Shown one piece after another: positions 50,384-58,962 of a DNA stretch of 64,000 nucleotides; position 1 is the first letter of the stretch, and each line of letters opens with the position of its first letter. A program made the position numbers and the translations under genes. Source of the stretch: Candidatus Latescibacterota bacterium. GTDB lineage: Bacteria; Latescibacterota; CBDEFO01. Below the pieces are notes generated by a model that was not told the DNA's origin, did no database searches, and saw only the letters and a list, made by a program, of their open reading frames with translations. The stretch is taken from assembly GCA_965248755.1 (NCBI GenBank), contig OZ252149.1, positions 1,184,001 through 1,248,000 of the forward strand, read 5' to 3'.

Positions 50384-51589
50384 ATGATCAGTTCGGAATT
50401 TGTCAAAGACTTAGTCGTTCCGTCGGACTCCAAGATATTCCTCCTCGTCATAGACGGGTTGGGAGGTCTTCCGCATCCGGATACGGGGAAGACTGAGCTG
50501 GAGATGGCTAAGACTCCCAATATGGACAAGATAGCAAAGGAAGGTCAGGGCGGACTGACTATCCCTATAGAAAGGGGAATAACCCCTGGAAGCGGTCTTG
50601 CTCACCTTGCTCTCTTCGGTTACGACTCCGTTAAACACAAGGTCGGAAGGGGCGCAGTCGCCGCTGTGGGAGTCGGTCTGGGCATGGACGAAGGCGATGT
50701 CGCAGCGAGGGTCAACTTCGCCACCGTAGATGACAACGGAACAGTCACAGACAGAAGAGCAGGCAGAATAGCCACAACTGAAAACGCCCGTCTGTGCGAG
50801 ATCTTAAGGGACATAGAATTCCCCCACGTCCGATTTGTTATGGAGCCGGTGAAAGACCATAGAGCAGTAATAGTCTTCAAAGGTGAAGGTCTTTCCCCGG
50901 AACTTACAGACACCGACCCCCAGGAAGTGGGACTTCTCCCTAAGAAAGTCCAGGCGAACTCCAAAAAGGCAGAGCGGACAGCCCAACTGGTCAACAGCTT
51001 TGTAGACAAAGCCAAAATAGCCCTCAAAGATCAGCATCCCGCGAATATGATCCTTATGAGGGGTTTCGACACAAAGCCGCACTTTTTGCCGATGTCCGAA
51101 GTTTATGGTCTAAAAGGTGGTGCCATAGCCACGTATCCGGACTATCTTGGAGTAGCCCGAATGGTCGGAATGGAAGTAATATCCACAGGTCCCGAGATGT
51201 CTGACGAATTTGAAGCTCTGAAAAAAGCGTTCAACAGCTACGATTTCATCTATCTCCACGTAAAAAAGACCGACAGTTTCGGAGAAGACGGCAATTTTGC
51301 CGGCAAGGTTGAAGTCATCGAGGAGATAGACAGCCTAATCCCAGAAGCGACTGGACTTAACCCAGATGTTATAATGATCACAGGCGATCACTCCACACCT
51401 GCGACGTTAAAAATTCACAGCTGGCACCCTGTGCCCTTTACAATAAAGAGCAGATGGTGCAGAAAGGACGGTACCGCCGCATTCTCAGAGACCGAATGCG
51501 CCAAAGGTCTGTTGGGAACTTTCCCCGCAACTGAAGTTATGTCCTTGGCACTTGCCCACGCCGGACGACTCATGAAGTTCGGAGCTTAG
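50384..51589 (+). CDS. apgM: 2,3-bisphosphoglycerate-independent phosphoglycerate mutase (ApgM type)
   Basis: IDGLGG, T.LE.A.TPN.D, TPGSG.AH..LFGYD, DRRAGRI, TGDHSTP, HSWHPVP. Confidence 0.93.
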   Translation: MISSEFVKDLVVPSDSKIFLLVIDGLGGLPHPDTGKTELEMAKTPNMDKIAKEGQGGLTIPIERGITPGSGLAHLALFGYDSVKHKVGRGAVAAVGVGLGMDEGDVAARVNFATVDDNGTVTDRRAGRIATTENARLCEILRDIEFPHVRFVMEPVKDHRAVIVFKGEGLSPELTDTDPQEVGLLPKKVQANSKKAERTAQLVNSFVDKAKIALKDQHPANMILMRGFDTKPHFLPMSEVYGLKGGAIATYPDYLGVARMVGMEVISTGPEMSDEFEALKKAFNSYDFIYLHVKKTDSFGEDGNFAGKVEVIEEIDSLIPEATGLNPDVIMITGDHSTPATLKIHSWHPVPFTIKSRWCRKDGTAAFSETECAKGLLGTFPATEVMSLALAHAGRLMKFGA

Positions 51590-51703
51590 GTTAACTCAAC
51601 GTCTGATGACGAAACGAGAAACATTTAATGAATTATTTGACAACCAAGGTTTTGCTGATTATCTTTGCGGAAAACAACTCAAGGTACTGAGATACAACTT
51701 TTG

Positions 51704-51779
51704 GGGCTATTAGCTCAGTGGATAGAGCGTTGGTCTCCGGAACCAAAGGTCGCGCGTTCGAATCGCGCATAGCCCGCCA
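51704..51779 (+). tRNA. tRNA-Arg (anticodon CCG)
   Basis: GGGCTAT/ATAGCCC acceptor stem, TTGGT-CTCCGGA-ACCAA anticodon arm, GTTCGAATC T-loop, CCA end. Confidence 0.97.
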
Positions 51780-51780
51780 G

Positions 51781-51821
51781 AAATAAGGCCCTGTAGTACA
51801 AACACTTACAGGGCCTTATTT
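51781..51821. terminator. Hairpin terminator after the tRNA (possibly bidirectional)
   Basis: AAATAAGGCCCTGTA...TACAGGGCCTTATTT inverted repeat. Confidence 0.8.
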
Positions 51822-51888
51822 AATTTTTAAATGTTTCTAAATGTTTGCGATTTGGGATACTATTGGGATACTTTTCTGCCAGATTACT

Positions 51889-52983
51889 CTATTTTCCTAT
51901 GTTTTCGTCTACCTTCTTTTTGCCATAGTGCAAAGCATTGACCAAGTCCTTGACGTGGCCAGGTGCAAGATGAGCATACTTTAAGGTTGTGGAGTAATCA
52001 CGATGGCCAAGCAGTTCCTGGACAAAACGAAGATCAACTCCGTTCATGACAAGATGACTGGCAAACGTATGCCTTAATAAATGCAGCTTTAGGTCCGGCA
52101 CTCCAGATTCTTCAGAAAGTTTCTTTAAGCTTCTGTCAATTTTGTCTGTCAATCTATTCCCCAAATAGGTAAGAACATACTCTGAATTGTAGTTGTTGTG
52201 TTTCTGATATTTTTTGAGCTGCTCCAAGACCTCAAGAAGGACTTCAGTCATTCCAATGTATCTTACTCTATAGTTTTTAGTGTGCCAGTCATCTTTTGAC
52301 TCTATCTTCACAGTTTTATTCTTGAAATCGGTGTCCGTCCATTTATAGTTGAATAGCTCCTGTTTGCGCATTCCAGTTTGTAAACCAACTTGAATGGTTG
52401 GATACAGGTGGGCATATCTCTTGCCTTTCTTTCCTAACCCAATTGCAGCTTGGAGCACTGAATCAACTTCATCCTCGCTGAGAAATCTTGGCTCTCTCTC
52501 AGGGATTTTTGGACGTTCAACGTCACGAATGGCATTGGAACCCTGGTATCCTAACCTTGCAGCAATCTTCATCATATGAGAAAGAGTAGACATCTCGTGA
52601 ATTACTGTGTATGGACTTGCACCAGAATTTAGACGCTTCCTTTTGTATTCCTCGCATTGGCTGAAACTTATGCTTGACAGAGGCATACCACCAAAAGCCG
52701 GAATTAAATGCTGGTTGATATGAGATCTGTTGGAGAGAAAGCTTCTCCTTGATTTGTTCAGTTCAGCATATTCAAGGTATTGCTTGCTAAACTTTTCTAA
52801 AGTCACTTCCTTTGATTTTACATCAAGCCCAAACTTACCTTCAACAAATTCCTGCTCCCATTTTCGTGCAACTACATCAGCCTGTTTTTTCGTGCCGACA
52901 GCCTTTCTCGTAATACTACCGTCAGGAAGCTTAATGCAGGCATACCATTTTTTGCCTCTTTTGACAGTGAAAGCCATAATCAT
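51889..52983 (-). CDS. int: Tyrosine recombinase (phage-type integrase)
   Basis: N-terminal arm-binding-like segment; TGMRKQE, TKN, HLLRHTFAS, LGH, KYAH. Confidence 0.95.
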   Translation of the reverse strand: MIMAFTVKRGKKWYACIKLPDGSITRKAVGTKKQADVVARKWEQEFVEGKFGLDVKSKEVTLEKFSKQYLEYAELNKSRRSFLSNRSHINQHLIPAFGGMPLSSISFSQCEEYKRKRLNSGASPYTVIHEMSTLSHMMKIAARLGYQGSNAIRDVERPKIPEREPRFLSEDEVDSVLQAAIGLGKKGKRYAHLYPTIQVGLQTGMRKQELFNYKWTDTDFKNKTVKIESKDDWHTKNYRVRYIGMTEVLLEVLEQLKKYQKHNNYNSEYVLTYLGNRLTDKIDRSLKKLSEESGVPDLKLHLLRHTFASHLVMNGVDLRFVQELLGHRDYSTTLKYAHLAPGHVKDLVNALHYGKKKVDENIGK

Positions 52984-53219
52984 TATTCCTTTCTTCTACT
53001 GAAATGAATTAGAATATCATCCCACCTGAACCTAATCAATCTACCTATCCTGATAACCGGAAGCTCTGCTCTGTGCGTCATCTTGTAGACAGACGAGACA
53101 GGAATTTTTAACTTTTCAGCCAACTCTTCTGGTGTTAGTAGCTCATCAACAATGTCTTGAGAAGTATAAACTCTCTCATCATTAAAGGAATTGGACATTG
53201 CCTCGTCTGCGCTCATCAT
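52983..53219 (-). CDS. Excisionase-like HTH protein
   Basis: LLTPEELAEKLKI..S.VY......LP..RIG.LIRF; abuts the integrase. Confidence 0.88.
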   Translation of the reverse strand: MMSADEAMSNSFNDERVYTSQDIVDELLTPEELAEKLKIPVSSVYKMTHRAELPVIRIGRLIRFRWDDILIHFSRRKE

Positions 53220-53412
53220 TTTTTGACCTCCCTTTCAAGGCAGTTATTTTCCGACACCGCTCCTAAAAGATCATAAAAAACTATAAACACAACAACTTTC
53301 GGACGACTCAAAAAACCTGAAGGTTAGTAAGGTTATCTTTATTTTTCTTTCTTTCATAGGTGAACCATACCGCTCCCCTTGACAGAGCGACAAATATTTC
53401 GCAAATTGGGGT

Positions 53413-53742
53413 TTGAGAAGGGAGGTCAAGGTGTCGAGCCCCGAAGTGAAAGATGGTAAGCGCTGGACGGCGACCCGTAAGGGAGAGATTGTGTTGGCTC
53501 TTTTGAGAGGAGCAGATCTATCTGAGGTGTGTCGTAAGAATGGAATTAGCCAGTCGCAGGCGTATGCTTGGCGTGATAGTTTCTTAGAAGGGGGCCAGGA
53601 GAGTCTGAAGTCTCGGCGTGGTCGCAAGGATCCGAAGGAGCGAGAGGTTAGCCGGTTGGAGCGCAAGGTAGGGCAGTTGACGCTCCAGTTGGAGATACTC
53701 GAAGAGGTAGCCCGTCTAAAAAAAACGAAGCGGTTGCCTTGA
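53413..53742 (+). CDS. IS3-family transposase OrfA
   Basis: HTH (RWT..RK.EIV...L.G...EVCRK.GIS...Y.W), leucine zipper; A8 slippery run at 53718-53725. Confidence 0.9.
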   Translation: MRREVKVSSPEVKDGKRWTATRKGEIVLALLRGADLSEVCRKNGISQSQAYAWRDSFLEGGQESLKSRRGRKDPKEREVSRLERKVGQLTLQLEILEEVARLKKTKRLP

Positions 53743-54602
53743 GTGGGCGGTTTTTGGGTCGAGGCTATTCCCGCAAGGTGGTAGCTTTGGCTTTGGGTTT
53801 GCATCGTTCGACTCTGTATAGGTTTAGGGATAGAGGTGTCAGTTCTTCTGTTAAAGAGCCTGTGATAGATGAGGAGCTTGCTTTTCGTATTCGAGGGATA
53901 CTGGACCAAGAAGAGGCATTTGGTCACAGGCGGGTTTGGGCGCATCTTCGTTTCAAGGAAGGGGAATGTGTCAACGTTAAGAAGGTTCATAGGATAATGA
54001 AGCTTAAGGGGTGGCAGTGTAAGCTGTGGAATCGTCCCGGGAGAAAGGGGCCACAGGTTGCCCAGAAGCGTTCTGTGGTGGATAGTCCCGACAGTTTGTG
54101 GTCGAGTGACTTGACAAAGATTTACTGTGGAAAAGATGGTTGGTGTCCTCTTATTGCGGTGGTGGACAACGGAAGCCGGGAGGTTCCTGGGTATCGTTTT
54201 AGTCGAAAAGGGAGGGCACTGGAGGCCACAGATGCCCTGGATCGGGCCGTGATCTCTCGATACACTTCCAAGGAGGCTGTCCCCCAGGGTCTCACTTTGC
54301 GCTCTGACAATGGTTCCATCTTTTTGGCTCGGGCCTATTTGGCCAGTACCGAATATTGGGGAATTCGTCAGGAATACATACCAAGTGGTAAACCCGATTG
54401 GAACGGTGTTGTAGAGCGTTTTTTCAGGACCCTCAAGCAAGAGTGTGTTTGGCTTCACAAGTTTGAATCCTTTGAACAGGCTGAGAAGATCATATCTCAG
54501 TGGATCGATAATTACAACAAGAACAGGCTTCATTCATCCCTGGGATATAAGACCCCAAAAGAGTGGAGAAAACAATTTTATCTACTACCCCAGGTTGCTT
54601 AA
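53739..54602 (+). CDS. IS3-family transposase OrfB (DDE)
   Basis: FGHRRV, WSSDLT, RSDNGS.F, NGVVERFFRTLKQE, YN..R.HSSLGY.TP; -1 frame relative to orfA. Confidence 0.95.
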   Translation: MSGRFLGRGYSRKVVALALGLHRSTLYRFRDRGVSSSVKEPVIDEELAFRIRGILDQEEAFGHRRVWAHLRFKEGECVNVKKVHRIMKLKGWQCKLWNRPGRKGPQVAQKRSVVDSPDSLWSSDLTKIYCGKDGWCPLIAVVDNGSREVPGYRFSRKGRALEATDALDRAVISRYTSKEAVPQGLTLRSDNGSIFLARAYLASTEYWGIRQEYIPSGKPDWNGVVERFFRTLKQECVWLHKFESFEQAEKIISQWIDNYNKNRLHSSLGYKTPKEWRKQFYLLPQVA

Positions 54603-54659
54603 TTGGTGTCGCTTTCCTGGGAAGCAGTACAGAACTCCTATATAGCTGTCTCCTTCTGT

Positions 54660-55322
54660 TTAAAGATTCCTGATGATGTCCGTAAACCTGTCTAGCTCTT
54701 CCCCTGTAAGAGGCTTGGTGAAATAAGCCAACACACCCGGGCATCCACGTCCATCCACAATACTTCGATAATCCTTCAGGTAGCTAAGGAAAATTATCGG
54801 AATATCTCGGATTGTTTCTATTTTAGTCCTATGCCAAGCCATCTTGATACCATCCAGGCGAGAGAGGTCCACCTCTGAGACAATAAGGTCTGGATCCTCC
54901 CGTTCCATCACATCCAACGCCATCTCTCCGTCCTCAACTGTCAAAACATCAGCTCCCACTTCCTGTAGAATAGCTGTGATCTGTCGAATTACATTCGGGC
55001 TGTCATCCACGATTAAGACTTTCGGACAACTAACTCGCACCTTCTCTGGAGGAGATTCTTGCTCATTACCTATCAGTTCTTGTCCAGGGTCATCTTTCTT
55101 ACTTACAGTTTTTGAGGTATTTAGTCCCTGTCCAGGGTCACTCCTTGAAGCTTGGACATCTTTCATTACATCCGATGCTCGGATTCGCAATTCAGCCCCA
55201 TAATCCCCTTTCACATACATACTTCGATACCGTTTTTCGTGAACACGACGTCGGACAGTCTTTTCAGAAACTCTTAATAAATCAATAACTTGCCTTACTG
55301 ATAGCCATTTGCGGGTTGTCAT
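54660..55322 (-). CDS. Excisionase/MerR-like HTH fused to a receiver domain with Glu at the phospho-acceptor position
   Basis: WLSV..V..LL.VSEKTVRRR; VLIVDD...DLIVSEV...IIFLS...TKP. Confidence 0.8.
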   Translation of the reverse strand: MTTRKWLSVRQVIDLLRVSEKTVRRRVHEKRYRSMYVKGDYGAELRIRASDVMKDVQASRSDPGQGLNTSKTVSKKDDPGQELIGNEQESPPEKVRVSCPKVLIVDDSPNVIRQITAILQEVGADVLTVEDGEMALDVMEREDPDLIVSEVDLSRLDGIKMAWHRTKIETIRDIPIIFLSYLKDYRSIVDGRGCPGVLAYFTKPLTGEELDRFTDIIRNL

Positions 55323-55374
55323 GGTTCACTGCTTTCTGTTGAGACTCTTTTAAGCTTTGTCCAGGGTAGTTTTG

Positions 55375-55402
55375 ACTTCGTATAACCCGAATTATACGAA
55401 AT
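55375..55402. other. loxP/dif-like tyrosine recombinase target site
   Basis: ACTTCGTATAA-CCCGAA-TTATACGAAAT (11-6-11 inverted arms) about 50 bp downstream of the recombinase gene. Confidence 0.75.
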
Positions 55403-55452
55403 ACTATTTTCTCCTTTGCAATCCAAGGGCCTCATATATAAGAGAAAATGTT

Positions 55453-56433
55453 TTATTCCTCCGGTGCAGGTAAACCTCTGATAACATCCTGCTTTCGTTC
55501 CTGGTCTGAGTGCAGATATAGGGCTGAGGTTTCAATACTTGCGTGTCCTAAAAGCTCCTGAATATCCTTGATATTGGCTCCGGACTTTAACAAGCTGGTC
55601 GCAAAAGTATGCCTGCATTTGTGGGGACTTATGTCCTTCTGAATCCTCGACTCCTTAGCAATGTTTTTAACAATCCATTGAATTGTTCGATCACAGAGAG
55701 GATTCCCAGATTTGAGATTTATGTAGCAGTACTGATTCTGGAATTGGAGACTGATCTTCGCCTTCATCCATTTTTTGTAAGCATCCACCACAAGGCCATG
55801 GAGGGGTATATCCCTATTTTTCCCTCCCTTGGCATCCAGAATTTCCAGATAAGGAGAGTCGGTATCGATGTCCCGAAAATGAGTTGTATCCAATTGTGAT
55901 GCTTTATTAACTCTGATGCCAGTAAAAATAAGAGTGATCAAAAGAGAATGGTTCCTGATACCTCTTTGGTCGCTTTCTGATGTAGAATCTGAATTAAATG
56001 TAGATCTATGATAATTGATAATTTGAAAAACCTCTTCCTTGCTCAAAAATACAGGCTTGCCCTGAGACCTCTCCCATCTGGGAAGATCATCTTCTGCTTG
56101 CTCAACTGGATTGCTCGAAATATTACCCGCTCTTCTATGGTAGTTAAAGAATGAAGACAAGGTAGCAAGTCGGCGCTTTATAGAACTGCGTTTATGTCCA
56201 AGGTCTTTTTCCATAAAATCAAAGAAGGCTACAATATCATCAGCATCACATTTAAGTAGAGACTTGCGAAGATTTCTCTGTATAAACTCAAGGTCCTTGA
56301 TATAATTGTAAAGAGTAAGAGGGCGAAGACGTCTCCTCCTTCCTTCGATGAACTCCTTGATGGATTCATCTTTTACGTTGAGTTGCCGGATGATGTCGCT
56401 GTCAAACTTACTGAGTGGCATTGCTGTCCTCAA
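55453..56433 (-). CDS. XerC/XerD-like tyrosine recombinase
   Basis: SAM-like N-domain, TGIR, AKGGKNR.IP, SPHKCRHTFAT.LL..GA, IQELLGHASI.T..LY. Confidence 0.93.
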   Translation of the reverse strand: MRTAMPLSKFDSDIIRQLNVKDESIKEFIEGRRRRLRPLTLYNYIKDLEFIQRNLRKSLLKCDADDIVAFFDFMEKDLGHKRSSIKRRLATLSSFFNYHRRAGNISSNPVEQAEDDLPRWERSQGKPVFLSKEEVFQIINYHRSTFNSDSTSESDQRGIRNHSLLITLIFTGIRVNKASQLDTTHFRDIDTDSPYLEILDAKGGKNRDIPLHGLVVDAYKKWMKAKISLQFQNQYCYINLKSGNPLCDRTIQWIVKNIAKESRIQKDISPHKCRHTFATSLLKSGANIKDIQELLGHASIETSALYLHSDQERKQDVIRGLPAPEE

Positions 56434-58084
56434 CAGATTCGTAGAAGATCTTCACCTCAATATTGTTCTGCAACTTTTTAGTTATAATGCGGTGAATTTT
56501 ACCGTCCCAGTCTGAATAATGATACGCCTTACGCTTTAGCTCTGAGATTTCAGCGTTTAGTATTTGAATTTTCAGATTGAGATTGGATAATTTTTCTTGA
56601 TGGTCTACCTCTGCCTGTTTATGCCTAAGAGCCAAACTCTTTAAATCTGCTTGAATGGATTGGAGGCGGTTTGCCTTTTCCTGGACCTCTGACTTTGTGG
56701 TTCTTCCCAGATGCAGACGATGCTGATAGTCATTCAATTCATTTTCAGCCTGTTGTAATTTCCCCTTTAGCTCTAATTCTTCTGCTCTGAACTTCTCTAT
56801 CTTTTCATCCTGCACTTTGCTCTCATTGTGCAATTCATCCTTTGTATTCTCCAATTCCTGCTTTTTCAGGGTTATCTGTTCTATATGCCTTTTAATCTTT
56901 GCTAACAAATCCCCTTCCTGAGTAGCCATTCCCTCTTTTACGGCAAGGTCCTCAACATCTTGGATATGGAATGTATAGCTTGCCCATCTCTTCGATTTTT
57001 TAATAACTACAATGTCCTGAGGATAAAGAGTATAGACCAGCGAGATCTTTCCCCTTTCAACGATTAAATGTTCAAGCCCTTCTAAATCTTGATAAGTTGC
57101 GTATATTAGCGATAAAATCTTTCCAGATATGCTAACAGGATTGAAATGTAATGGAACTTTCTCAAGGGAATAATCATCAGTCAAAATAAGTGAAGGACTA
57201 ATCAAAAAATGCGAAACGTTTACATCCATCTCATTAGCTATCTCTCCTATAGCTTTTCCTGTCAAATCAATCTCCACCGGACCTTGTCTTTTATTTTTTC
57301 CCCCTCGATAGATGTGGATTTTATCAGCTCGTAGGATAGCTTTTGGATCTGTCCTGTCGTCTCCGATAGTCATCAGCCTATTATCAGGACTGCGCAGAAT
57401 GAGACGGCTGCCATCCTGTCCTATTACCATCCATTTTCCCTGCACTCTTATCTTCGTTGTCTGATGCCAGGCCGTAAAATCTGCCCAAAGTTGATAGTGG
57501 GACCCCCATTTCTCATAAAATTCTATGGATGCCTTTACATCTGCAAAACCCCAATTTAATATCCATCGTGGACCGATCCAATTTACAGGAAGTAAGACGA
57601 ACACCGTAAGTCCCAATAGAGTCCATCTAAATTTCTCTTCTTTCTTGCTTCCTGTGGGGATCCAAGTCTTAGTATTGGGAGAAAACTGCCACATCTCATC
57701 TGAAAAAGGCGACATCCACTTTATCCCATTAGGGGATGCGCTGTCCAAAGCTTGATGGGAAGCCAGGCCAAGCAGAAAGGCCGTATAACAGTCTGCTCTG
57801 TTTAGCCAAAGAAGAGGAGATAGAAATACTGCAGTGAGAAACAAGAACGGTGCGCTGTGGAAGAAATCTCTATGAACAACAGAAATACCAAATTTTCTTA
57901 GAAGAGGTACTAAACCTATTGCTCTTCCAACTACTGCTGTCTCCCTATCTACATCAGAAATGATGCTCCCCACGGTGCATGATATGAGGCACAAAAGACC
58001 GGAGAACAGATTAAAGTCGAAACCCCTGAAAATATTCAGAAATAGAAAAAGGGCTATCCCCGCTACAACGTGTGTCTCAATCAT
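56408..58084 (-). CDS. YdjM-type membrane metal-dependent hydrolase fused to a coiled-coil/lipoyl-hairpin (HlyD-like) region
   Basis: ETH, GS..SD.D, HRDFFHS, SHQALD; C-terminal LAVKEG....GDLLAKI + long coiled coil + S..DG.I..I. Confidence 0.75.
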   Translation of the reverse strand: MIETHVVAGIALFLFLNIFRGFDFNLFSGLLCLISCTVGSIISDVDRETAVVGRAIGLVPLLRKFGISVVHRDFFHSAPFLFLTAVFLSPLLWLNRADCYTAFLLGLASHQALDSASPNGIKWMSPFSDEMWQFSPNTKTWIPTGSKKEEKFRWTLLGLTVFVLLPVNWIGPRWILNWGFADVKASIEFYEKWGSHYQLWADFTAWHQTTKIRVQGKWMVIGQDGSRLILRSPDNRLMTIGDDRTDPKAILRADKIHIYRGGKNKRQGPVEIDLTGKAIGEIANEMDVNVSHFLISPSLILTDDYSLEKVPLHFNPVSISGKILSLIYATYQDLEGLEHLIVERGKISLVYTLYPQDIVVIKKSKRWASYTFHIQDVEDLAVKEGMATQEGDLLAKIKRHIEQITLKKQELENTKDELHNESKVQDEKIEKFRAEELELKGKLQQAENELNDYQHRLHLGRTTKSEVQEKANRLQSIQADLKSLALRHKQAEVDHQEKLSNLNLKIQILNAEISELKRKAYHYSDWDGKIHRIITKKLQNNIEVKIFYESVEDSNATQ

Positions 58085-58962
58085 TTCTTCCCCTTGTTTT
58101 TGAGAAAAGGAAGGACGAATTTACCCAGGAAGATACCCAAGATCATGCCCAGACAACCCAGGACGATGCTGACACGATCATGTTCTCCCTCGACCAGTCT
58201 TGACAGATACCTGTTAAAGATCAAAACAAACAGCATAGGTATGCACACCCAAAGGTACATATATCGAACCTTAGCTGTATGGAGCTTCTCAACGCTATCT
58301 ATAATCTCATTAGTCAGGTGTCGAGACTTCTGATAGCGTTCCAGAGCTTTTTCAATCAAACCAGGATACCCTTTGGTCTTTATAAACAATTCTCGCTTAA
58401 CATATCCCAGGTCTTCTATAACCCACCCTTCAACGAGATACTCGATGTATGCTCCTGAATCCTTCTCATCCAAACCAGCGATCTCCATAGGACGACCCAG
58501 CCGCTCGATGAAACTATTGTTCTTGTTCAAACTATGTGCACATACCAAAAATGTTACTCCAAGGCTATGAAGCTCACAAAGAGCTCTTAGAGCATTACCA
58601 CTGCCGGGCAAGCTCCCCTCAAAGTCTACGATACAGATTACTTGAGACCCCACACTTTTGATCTTACTCCTTACCATGCCCGCTAGTGCTGAAGTAGTAA
58701 GGCTCCTATTTCCACTGGAGAATATCTTCTTTTCCTCTTCACATTTGAGCTGAAAACAGATTTCTTGTAATAGAGGCTTTTCGTTACGCACGGATGTCAA
58801 AAAAACAACCTCTTCAAAACTCTCCTCACAAAGTCGTCTGAGGACCTGGCGAAGGATCGTGCTTGACCCACATCCTAGCTCCCCCAACAGGACAACAGAG
58901 TCGCCCTGCTTCAGAGATGACGTGGTGTCCTCAGTGATATTGTCTATTCCAAAAACCTTCAT
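58081..58962 (-). CDS. ExeA-like P-loop ATPase with degenerate Walker A and two C-terminal TM helices
   Basis: VVLLGELGCGSST (Lys to Ser), ICIVDFE, TKGYPGLI, hydrophobic C-terminus. Confidence 0.65.
   Translation of the reverse strand: MKVFGIDNITEDTTSSLKQGDSVVLLGELGCGSSTILRQVLRRLCEESFEEVVFLTSVRNEKPLLQEICFQLKCEEEKKIFSSGNRSLTTSALAGMVRSKIKSVGSQVICIVDFEGSLPGSGNALRALCELHSLGVTFLVCAHSLNKNNSFIERLGRPMEIAGLDEKDSGAYIEYLVEGWVIEDLGYVKRELFIKTKGYPGLIEKALERYQKSRHLTNEIIDSVEKLHTAKVRYMYLWVCIPMLFVLIFNRYLSRLVEGEHDRVSIVLGCLGMILGIFLGKFVLPFLKNKGKK

Larger units (their letters stand above)
53366..54631 (+). mobile_element. IS3-family insertion sequence
   Basis: Imperfect IRs (CATACCGCTCCCC..GCGACA / TGTCGC..GGGAAGCAGTACA), GAAC direct repeats at 53362-53365 and 54632-54635, orfA/orfB. 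Confidence 0.9.

Noticed and set aside
53271..54533. 420-aa minus-strand ORF
   Set aside because: Antisense shadow of the IS3 orfA/orfB with no recognisable motifs.
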